A program made the translations under genes and the position numbers. Source: Azolla caroliniana (taxonomy: Eukaryota; Plantae; Polypodiophyta). Taken from it: a DNA stretch of 64,000 nt. Positions 41,453 through 52,459 of the stretch are shown one piece after another (positions within the stretch are counted from its first letter, which is position 1; every line of letters starts with the position of its first letter). The notes beneath the pieces are model-generated. The model worked only from the letters and a program-made list of their open reading frames with translations. It made no database searches and was not told where the DNA came from. Location of the stretch: positions 18,662,001 to 18,726,000 of the forward strand of contig JBHGNT010000017.1 of NCBI GenBank assembly GCA_043228905.1. The letters run 5' to 3'.

Positions 41453-41868
41453 TGTCACGATATAGTGACATAGAATACATAGTTGGTGAGGATTGAGCCT
41501 GCAAACTCACGTCAACAAGATGTCACGCTATCTGCTTGATCTAGAAATAACTGTTCTAGAAGGTTCTAGAGGTTCTAGAATATTCTCCAGAATATTCTAA
41601 TGCATGCACTTCAGCTCATAGTATAAATACTTATAATGTCCAATTCAACACCAATCATTGACACATCAATCTAGTATTCTCATTTTATGCTATATTGTTC
41701 CTTGACCTTCATATTTGTCTTCATGCTCTCCAGTTAATCCTAGCTTCTTAAGCTCATACTCTTGTCAGTCACAACTTCTAGAGTTCCTAGCCTCTTCACT
41801 TCTAGTTCCACGTTCGTAGCCACGTCATCTGTGCTCCATCATAGTCCATGGTTGGTGTGTTCGTGACA
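41453..41868 (-). mobile_element. LTR of an otherwise unresolved element that hosts the later insertions
   Basis: Perfect terminal inverted repeat TGTCACGA...TCGTGACA, no TSD. Adjacent minus-strand purine-rich GGAAGGGA suggests a 3' LTR. Orientation uncertain. Confidence 0.55.
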
Positions 41869-41912
41869 ATTTCAATCCCTTCCACTAGAGGCATCATACC
41901 ATCGTCGTCACC

Positions 41913-44900
41913 TATAATAACCAAGACCATTAATCCTAAAATAAAGACATAAATGACACAAGCATACTGAAAATACACGTTACCACCCATCCGCCCCCGC
42001 GCCAGAGTCGACAACACAGACGAGGAATCCCGATCTATCCCAAACCAGCCAGGATCTCCACGTCAAGAGCTTGGTGGATGACTAGTCCACGTCAAAGAGA
42101 GCTTCGTCAGAATCATTCATGGGCCCCACCCTGACTAAGGAGATTATCCCCTATTTATAGGACCTAGGCCATCTAATGACATCGACTTGACCAATCATGT
42201 GTGGGGTACCCAATGACACACATTAGGTCAGTCCAATAAAGCCGACGACTAAGATATTACAGTATGATAGCCCCCAAATAAGCACATCTAAACCAATGAA
42301 CATTACATACTCCCCCCCTCCGTTTAATTGCATTCTTGCAATGGGAAGTTAGGAAAATGTTTGTGTAATGTCTCTTCAGTTTCCCACGTGCTGTCTTCTT
42401 CCAATCTATCCTTCCACTTAACCTTATAGCGATGAACAACCTTTGACCTTAGGTTTCTCGACCTATGGTCGAGGATTCTCTCAGGTTCATGTGGAGCAAA
42501 ATGATCATCCTCCAATGTCGATAAATTAGACGGTGATGGAAGGCAAATCCAAATGATAAGCATTGGGACCTATACATTTTAAAACTTTATATGGTCCACA
42601 ATACCGTGGGGCTAATTTTGCACATGGTCCTGTTCTCAATGTTTCTGAGTCCTTAGGAACCCGTTGAAAAACCTATTGTCCTACATGGAATTCCCTTGGT
42701 TTTCTATCATGATTCGCATAAAAGACAATTCTGTCCTATGCCATCCCAAGGTTTTCTTCTGTTAATTTACGTGCTTCAAGCATATCAAAGAGAAAATTCT
42801 TCATACTATCCAAAGTATGCGAATCAAATGAAACATCAACAGGAGGATGTGGCGTATAACCATACATCAACATGAACAAACTGTATTTTGTTGATGTATG
42901 CTTAGCGCTATTGTAGGCAAATTCCACCATAGGAAGGTAAGTCTCCCATAATGAGGGTTTTTGCGCTACATATGCTCTCAACATATCCTCTAATATTTGA
43001 TTCACTCTCTCAGTCTGCCCATTTGATTGAGGATGATCAGAAGAATTGAGACTCAAGGTTGTTCGCAGTTTCTGCATAACTTCTGACCAAAATGTACTTG
43101 TAAACTTGGAGTCTCGATCACTTACAATCTCCATCGGTAGACCATATAAGCTATAAAGATGTTTAATAAACTTAATAGCCAATTGCTTTGCGGTAATTGT
43201 GGATTTTGTTGGGATGAATCTTGCCATGTTGGTAAGCCGATCAACAACCACCCAAATGGCATTATTTTCCTCAACGGAACGAGGTAATCCAACTATGAAA
43301 TCCATGGATATACTTTGCCACTTTTCAGCTGGAATATAGAGAGGTTGCAATAAGCCAACTTTTTTCTGTCGCTCGACCTTAATGACGTGACATTGTGGAC
43401 AATGTATAACATAGGACTCTACCTCAGGTTTCATTTTTGGATAGAAAAACCTAGCTTTAATCAAAGCTAATGTTCTTTGCACACCTGGATGTCTAGTAGA
43501 AGGGGCATCATGACATTCATACATAATTTTATTCTTGATGTCCTTTATGTGTGGTATGCAAACCTTACTATTGTGGTACAATAACCCATTCGCAACATAG
43601 TAAAGGTTCTTCGAGGTAGACGTGGTTCCATAATCGACGTCAATAGTTGTTTCAACTCTCTACTAGAACTTGGAAAATGTTCTGTCATCAAGGTATTTTT
43701 GTTTACCTTGGATCAAATCAAATAAGTCGTCATTAAATTCTACGAAACTTAGGGCATTAATTTCTAGAATACGACTCAGGGCATTTGCAACGGAATTCAA
43801 AACCCCTTTTCGATATATAATTTCGAAATCGAAGTCTTGCATCAACTCCGCCCATCTTGCCTTTCGACCCTCAAAATTCTTTTGAGAGAGGAAGTATTGC
43901 AAGGATTTGTGGTCCATTAAAACAGTAAATTTACTACCATACAAATAATGTCACCATTTTTTTAAGCCATAAATGATAGCAAATAATTCTTTTTCTTGAA
44001 CCTAGTAATTTCTTTGGGCCGAATCCAATTTTTTGCTTTCAAAAGCAATTGGTCTCCCAATTTCAAATAATGTAGCCCCAATAACATAATCACTTGCATC
44101 CGTCTCAACTAGAAATGTTTGATTAGGATCAGGTATAGCTAAAGTAGGTGCATTCACAATTAATGATTTCCACTTATTGAAGGTTTCTTCAAGAGAGGCA
44201 TTCCACTCAATAGGTTTAGTGGACTTTCTTGTAATACCCTTCAATAGGTCTGTAAATGGTGTAGTGTAGGATGAATGGTTTTGAAGAGATATTCTTAGGA
44301 ATCCAAAAATCCTAAGAAAGATTGTAGATCCTTAACATTTGAAGGTCATGGCCAATTTAATATCGCTTCTATCTTAGTTTTATCGATAGACACACCCGAC
44401 CTAGATATGTGATGTCCAAGATACGTAACTGCCTTTTGGAAGAAATCACATTTAGATAGTTTGGCAAATAACTTGTATTCACGAAGCTTGTCCAAAACTC
44501 TTTGGACATGACACACATGATCCTCAAATGTGTTACTATATACCATGATGTCATCAAGGAATACGACCACGAAATCGCCTAGCTGATCTCTGAATATATC
44601 ATTCATCAATTGTTGGAATGTGGCTGGAGCATTAGTCAACCCAAATGGTAGAACCCGAAACTCATAATGACCATAACGAGTTTAGAAAGTTGTTTTGGAA
44701 ACATCTTCTTTCGAAACCCCGATTTGATGATAGCCAGTGCGCAAGTCTATCTTAGTAAAATATCTTGCGCTTTGGAGTCTATCTATCAAGTCATCAAAAC
44801 GAAGCAAAACGTAGGAATTGTGAATGGTGAGTTTATTCAAACCCTTGTAATTTAGACACCTTCGCTAAGTTCTATCTTTCTTCTTGGCCAAGATGACGGG

Positions 44901-47900
44901 AGCTCCCCATGGTGATTTGTTGTACCGGATGTGTCCCATTCTCAAGTATTCCTTGATTTGTCGGGCAATTTCATCCTCTTCGGTTTGACGCAACCGATAA
45001 GGGGGTATGCTCACAGGTTTAGCGCTTGGAACCAAGTTTATCTTATGATCTATAAACCTAGAAGGAGGTAGTCCTTGAGGTAACTTATCCCGGAATATCT
45101 CCTTAAATTGCGACAAGATGTCACGCAGAGCATCTTTCTCAAAATCATCCAATGAACTCTTATCTACAAATTGATACAGAGGATCATTGGGCTATAATAT
45201 ACACGCATAAAATTGTGCATCAACATTTCGATCATAAGTATAAAGATGATTAATAGACATTAAATTTTTTATCGCAATCCCCTAAATAAAAACTTGTTGG
45301 TTATTATTTCCTTCAAAAGAAATAGAATGATTCAACCAATCGATATCAAGACTATGTCTATTATAAAACCATAAGTAACCAAGAACTACATCTATCGTTC
45401 GTAAACGCATTACATGAAAAGCCAACTTTTCAGTGTAGTTATTTATTACTAGGGGTACACCATGTGCAATTAATGAATGCCTTTGGACATGGCCTCCCGC
45501 AGTAAGGACTTTGTAGTCGTGGTCACTTTTGGTTATTTTTATTCGTAACATCTGCACCATATTAGAGTCAAGAAAATTATGAGTGCTACCACAATCAAAT
45601 AGTATAGTTACACTTTGATTGTGGATAGTCCCATAAGTTTTAAGTAAATCGTGCACGGTCCAAGAATATATTTTTGTAATGCAATAGAACTAACGAAATT
45701 CAAAAACATACTTGGATTATTGGAAGTTGATGGCTTTCTTTGCGGATTGTTGGAGTTACCGCTCTCTTTTCTCTACCTACACTCGTTGGCTTTATGCCTA
45801 GGCTTCTTACAAAAGCTACAGATTATTACCCGCCTTTTTGCATTGTCGCTTTGACCTATCGGAGAAGGTTGGTATCTACGTTTTCCGACTCTTTTGGTTG
45901 GTAACGAGCTTTTGTGTCAAATAGAATGTGGGCACGTTCCATCGCTTCTCCCAAAGTATTGGGTTGATGAGCGTGGATCTCATAATGAAAATCTTTATTG
46001 TGGAAACTATTAATATATAATCCTATCAGTATTCCCTCATTAGAAGCCATACTGATTGATTTGGTCAATAGTCCTGCCCTTATCAGACAAGTGACACATA
46101 TCTTGTATCACTTGGGAAGTCATCTTGGGACGGACAAATTGCATCTTGAGAGTCTTTTCAAATGCCTCCCATGTTCCCGGTTTTCTATCCAACCACTCCC
46201 ACCAAGAGTTTGCGGCACCGATCATCTCACGAACCGCCATATCGATCTTTTCAAAGTGATTTTGAATATTATCGAGACAAAAGTGAGCATTCCATCCGTT
46301 TATCCAACTGCTCACAAACTTGTGGTTGCGTTGCTTATCCCTTCTCGAGAACTGTTGAGGAGTAAATGAAGGCTTCTTCATATTGCTTGATGTGGAAGTG
46401 TGTGCCTTTAACTCCAAAATTTGTTGTTGAAGGTTTTCAAACTTATGCCTATTGGCATCAAGAAGCCCTTCAAGTTTGGAGGAGAACACAGTTGTGACCA
46501 TTGTTATTGACTTGACAATATCGTCTTGCATTTTACGGAAATCATCCCTCGTGAAGAATTTGATATCGTCGTTAATATCCTCATCACGGACCAGAGATAT
46601 TGGTCAATTGTCCTCATCTCGTATCAGAGAAATTGGATGACCTTGACGTGTGGGAGATGTGGGATGTGTCGAAAAAATTCGATGGTTAGGAGATGTGTGA
46701 TGTGCAGAATTGTGAGAGGAGAAGCCATGAAAAATAAGGAGAGTTGATAGATTAAAGAAATAAGTATACTAAAGTCTAAAGTACTAAAGTGTTATAAAAG
46801 ACTTTAGAATTTGGATGAGGAAGTGAAGAGTGATAGATCATGAGAGAGTGGGTATATACTTATATTAATATACCCGCTTTTCTTAAGTCGGTGAGTAATA
46901 AAGATTCCCATAGATATGTCCAATTTAGGCATTTATCCCCTTTTCATCTATAGGGATTCCTAGATTAGACATTAGGAGCAATACCTTCCCTTTTAGGAAG
47001 TCACTGAGAAATAGTTGCTCACCACCTCTCTAAGGTTAATCTCTTCAATGCTTCCAAACTAGGAAATTCTCCCTTTTTAGTTATGAGAATTCCTAGTCTA
47101 GATTTTAAAGATAAACATCCCCTTTTTGGAAGTCGGTGGGGATAGTAGGTGACTTCCTTGAGAATCACTGTACTAACCAAACGATGATGATCATCCCAAT
47201 AATGATGATCTCTTCACTCATCATCCCAATATTCTTCCTATCCATCTCATACTCATGATCCCCTCTCAAACATTAATTTCTTCTCTTATCTCTCTCCTTC
47301 GTATCGATTAATAAATGATGATGATCTCATCCATATAATTATATTATCATCCTTATAATCAACTATATAATCATCCATATAATCCATCCATAAACACTAA
47401 TGATCTATGTTTTATCCATCCATCATCGCATAATCAACACACACCCGTGGTGATGGATGATTGTGGCCATTCAAATAAACCTTAGGGTCGATGATCAATT
47501 GATTATCGACGTTCAACGATCATCACCCTAGTTCTTTTGGCCAATAATAAAATTGATTATCAATGATCATTATCCATATATATGATGATTGTCAATTAAT
47601 TCACTGAAAATTAGATGATCAAACATCACCTATAGAATATTAGGTGGCCGACCTCTAGAGACGTGATCTCCACACGTAAAGCCGCCTCATGGGCATGGCC
47701 ATCAGATGAAGAGGGCTATACGAAAAAATAAATTATAAGTATATTTGTGGTGCTTTTATTTTAATAAATATATATTAAATATCTTAACGTAAAACAAACA
47801 CATAATAATAATAACAATAATTTTATAGATTGTTTTTTTAACCCCTTGATTTTCTTTTGTGCATCAGTGGATAGAACTCAAAGCCTTTTCTTTTAGTTTA

Positions 47901-48573
47901 TGACAAGAATCTACTAACCAACCCATCACACAAATCTTGTTGTAATAAGGTCCATGTCAAAACCTTAATATATTTATTATACATAATCCCTACAATACAC
48001 TGCACATCAACACATCACCCCCAAATGGAATCTCCGTGGCGTTTTCAACACTTCCCCAATCCATCATTAAACATACATTAGTACGTAATTTTTTTTTCAT
48101 ATTTTCCCGTACTAAGGCACACAACATGAATCCAATCAAACATTATATTTTTAGGATTAAAACCGCTTTCATACCATATGTAATAACCAAGATCATTAAT
48201 CCTAAAATAAAGACATAAATGACACAATCATACTGAAAATACGCGTTACCACCCATCTGCCCCCGCGCTAGAGTCGACAACGCAGACGAGGAATCCCGAT
48301 TTGTCCCATACCAGCCACGATCTCCACGTCAGGACCTTGGTAGATGACTAGTCCACATCAAAGAGAGCTTCGTTAGAACCACTCATGGGGCTCCCTCGGA
48401 CTAAGGAGAGTATCCCCTGTTTATAGGACCTAGGCCATGTAATGACATCTACTTGACCAATCATGTGTGGGGTACCCAATGACACACATTAGGTCAGTCC
48501 AATAAAGCCGACGACTCAGATATTACAATCTGATAGCCCCCAAATAAGCATGTCTAAACCAATGAACATTACA
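41913..48573 (-). mobile_element. Ty3/Gypsy chromovirus, full length but decayed
   Basis: 395-bp LTRs 41913-42307 and 48179-48573, TSD TCACC, PBS TGGTATGAAAGC at 48165-48176, PPT next to 42307. gag ~46531-45860, protease LFDCGSTHNF, RT VFLDDIMVY, RNase H ETDASD, integrase SMDFI..SDRD..TERVN, chromodomain PERILDHR..YKVKWK..DSTWE at ~42490-42340. Confidence 0.93.
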
Positions 48574-49472
48574 TCACCAACTCGTCACCATCGTTTCTTG
48601 TAAAGACATTGTTGTCACCGTTGTTGCTTCTAGAGACACCGTTGTGACTGTCTTTTTTGTAGAGTTACCATCATCAATGTCTTTACTTCCAGAGTTACCG
48701 TCATCAACATCCTTGGTTTTAGAGAAATCTTCATCACAGTCATCGTTGCTTCTAGAAACTCTATCGTCACCATAGTCATAGTTGTTCCTTCCAGAGATGC
48801 TTCCTTATCATCATCGTCTTCACTGCCTCATCTTTAACATCATCATTTTGAGCACCTCTTGTTGCCTACTTTGCCAAACCTTCATTGTCGTCAACATTAC
48901 ATTGCTTGGTCGGTTAGTATCATCATCATTGCCATTGTCATCATCGACAAGTATCATTTTGTATCATGATTTTTGTGAGGACTAATTTCGATCGTTCACC
49001 TTCCCAATTCCGGTGGGTGTTAAAACCGCTCACTTTCCTTGTGGGGATCAAATCATTTCACGCTTGCACTCCATTTTCATTTTGGTCCACATTTCACTTC
49101 ACTTTTCTTTGACGAGGATCGATTTAGATTGCGCACCTTCTAGTTTGGTGGGGGTCACAACTGCTCACTTTCCTAGTGGGGATCGCGTCGGTTTCTCGCT
49201 AGTGCTACCATTTGCGTCGTGTTTTGGGTCAACCTCAACTATTTACCCTCTCATGATAGAACAATTCAAGTTGACCGCTTCGTCTGCACTCCTCTACTTG
49301 TTGGAGTTCTAGCTCCCGATGAGGACCACATGGTCTCTCACGCTCGATCGTGTTCCAATTCCTAGTGCGGGCCTCACATGGTCGCTCACACCCTTGGTGT
49401 TCTTGTTCCCAGTGAGGATCGCAGATGGTCACTCACGCTTGTTTGTACTCTTGTTACCAGTGAGGAGCACAA

Positions 49473-51941
49473 TGTTGAGAATCCTACTTGTCCACAACCG
49501 ATAAATATTTGTGTGTATGCAAGTGAAAGGATCGAGAGTGACATTACACAAACGGACAGAAAACCGAAATACAGAGACAAGATATTTTACGTGGAAACCC
49601 TGAAATGGGAACAACCATGGGAGCCCACAGACTCCGAACTAAATCACTATATTGAGAGGAAATACACACACTAAGAATCTCAAGGCAATGATCTTCAGTT
49701 CTTCTTCGTCTGATAGACGACTACAAAGTTATACAACTCTCTCTCACACACAATCTCTCACTCTCTAGTTATAGAGACAACTATCCACAACAACTATTCA
49801 ATAATGATCATCCCCTACATAACTACTTGCCCTAACTATATTTATACTCATACACTTAAATGACTATTTACAAATATAACCTTAATGGGCACATGTAGTC
49901 TATTTACAAATATAGCCCAATCAGATTCGATTGGTTCGCCTATTAGATGAGTCGATTATCGATCGATTATTGATTAGTCGAATTTTTGGCCTGGGCCTAT
50001 CGACCTTGGCTGAGTTAGCCATCGACTGTTTCTGTTCTTCCCATCTACAGGGACCTATTTCGCAACAAACTCCCCCTTCACTCTGGCATGGGATGCTTCG
50101 TCAATCCAATCCATTTTTGACATGCGTCCAACTTTTCTGTTGACAACACCTTCGTCAGCATGTTTGGTCCATTTTCCGCTATGTGGATCTTCGTTAGAGA
50201 AAACTCCTTTTCCTCTACCTTCTCTCGAAGCTAGTGGTATATTCTCTAGATGTGCTTGGTCTTCGAGTGGTAGGCGGCATTCTTTGTAAGGTGAATGACA
50301 CTTTGGCTGCAGCAGTAGAGTCGGAATTCTTCTTGTCGAATCCCCAACTCCCCACAAACTCCTTCATCCAAATAATTTCCTTTCTGGCTTCTACAACAGC
50401 CATGTACTGGTGTTCCATGGTTGATAGTGCCATGACCTTCTGCGGTCTCGACTGTCACGGCACCCCTTCATAAGTCATCACATATCCAGACGTGGAACAA
50501 CGGGTATCTACATTAGCCGACATGTCCGAATCGGTATAACATTCCAATATGGGGTTACCTGAGCTGAATTGAAGGCATGCGCTTTAGGTGCCTCTCAGGT
50601 ATTGGAGTATCCACTTCACTGCAACCCAATGCTCCCTTTCGAGATTGCTCATATATCAGCTGACGACTCTGACTGCACATGCAATGTCCAACCGGGTGCA
50701 AACCATTGCATACATCAAGCTTCTGACTGCTGAGGCATACGATATTTTATACATCTCATCCTTCTCTGTCTTCATCTTCGGACATTGACTTCCGCACAAC
50801 TTACTGTTTGTCGGTAATGACTAACCGACTAGCTTCGCATCTTGCATGTTGAATCTCTGGAGTACCTTTGTCACATATTTCTCCTGTGATAGACATAGCA
50901 TCTTCTTTTTCCGGTTTCGGACAATGTGCATACCCACTATCTACTTTTCCGGATCCATATCCTTCATAGCGAAAGATTTGTTCAAAGCCTTTTTCAAGCT
51001 TCCGATTTTCTTCAGGTCTTGTCCGAGAATTAACATATCGTCAACATACAATAGGAGGATGAGAAAGACTCCTCCATCATATTTCTTAACAAAGACACAA
51101 TGATCGACTTGTGTCTTGTTGAAACCGTGATCCACCATGAAGGATTCAAATTTCCGATATCATTGTCGGGAAGCCTGCTTCAGTCCATAAAGACTCTTCC
51201 TTAACCGGGATACCAAGTTCTCCTTCCATTTTCAATAAATCCTGCATATAAATTTCTTCTTCGAGGTCTCCATGTAGAAAGGCCATCTTGACATCTAATT
51301 GTTCAACTTCAAGGTTCATGTTAGGTGCTATGCTCAGCACCGTCCGGATGGATGTCATCTTTACTATCGGGACAAATATTTCATCGAAATCCACACCCAT
51401 CTTTTGCTGAAAGCCTTTCACCATGTTTTGGGCTTTGTATCTGGGCGGATTCCCGCTTTCTCCGGGCTTCAATTAGTGTACCCACTTGTTTTGAAGTGCC
51501 TTCTTTCCCTTCGACAGCTCGGTTAGTTCATACGTGTGGTTCTCATGCAAGGAATCCATCTTGTCTTGCATGACCCTCAACCACTTTCGGTTGTGGGTAT
51601 ATCTCTCCTCGAAGCTTTCCTGCTCCCCCTAATCGGTTCACAACACATACTCCCTATCTAGAAATCTCTGAAGGGCCCTTCTCTCTCTCAAAGGGTATCT
51701 TCTGCTTCCATTCGAAGCAGTTGACTCCTGTTCGACTTCTTCAGTCAGCTCTTCGTTTGAGTCGGAATCGGGTCCTCATTCGGCCATCTGTCTTCTTTCG
51801 ACCGGTTCCCCTTGTTCCTTAGTCGGCACCTGACTTTGCCTACTATCTATTCGGCCAATTGGTTCATATCCGCCTTTGGTCGGGCAGACTGACATTCGAT
51901 TTGATCAAACATCAACTCGGCTCGAATCGATAGTTGGAGGC
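49473..51941 (-). mobile_element. 3' part of decayed Copia C (3' LTR 49473-50067, RNase H, RT), cut by the next insertion
   Basis: TGTTG...CAACA LTR followed by the PPT complement AACTCCCCCT. LLLYVDDML, QLDVKMAFLHGDL and HSKTKHI motifs; clear relative of Copia B. Confidence 0.9.
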
Positions 51942-52414
51942 TGTTACCGATTAGGAACACGGTCTATGGTCAATCCTTCGACCTAGACCTCAAAGTGACT
52001 GTGTTGCAATGAATGGTATTGTCGTAGTGTAATACTTAGTGGGATACCTCACGTATCCTAGTAGCATGTAAGGGAGACGGCTACAACCGAACTCCTTAGA
52101 CAATGGACTAGCAACCACATTGTTACTCACGCCTACGCTCTTACAACTATGCTACGCCACCAAGAATCACAGACACACAGTAGATTAACCACAGACATGC
52201 ACAAGGATCAGAGAAGATAGAACTCTATTAAGATACGCCTTTTACATTCCAAAATCACACGCTACCTCTATCAGAGGATTTCTGCCCTTTATATACACAG
52301 GGTCTTTTTAGCCGTTCACGCTTCCCGCGTGAACCGTTTACATGCGTTACAATTTTACTATATTCTATATTTCTGCGCTCCTGTCTGTCGGTTACTATTC
52401 CGGTGGACAACACC

Positions 52415-52455
52415 TGGCACGCCTGTGGGACAGTGCCATGGCACGTCGAACCCAC
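52415..52455 (-). other. tRNA-Arg 3'-end-like sequence (inverted PBS) at the PPT position
   Basis: Minus strand GTGGGTTCGA-[CGTGCCATGGCACT]-GTCCCACAGGCGTGCCA-GG-TG(LTR). Resembles the recalled plant tRNA-Arg(UCU) 3' end GTGGGTTCGAGTCCCAC(C)AGGCGTGCCA. Confidence 0.75.
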
Positions 52456-52459
52456 CCCT

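Noticed and set aside
52415-52455. A tRNA-Arg gene
   Set aside because: Only the 3' ~28 nt are present, with encoded CCA and an insert; no D or anticodon arm. Treated as an element cis-signal instead.
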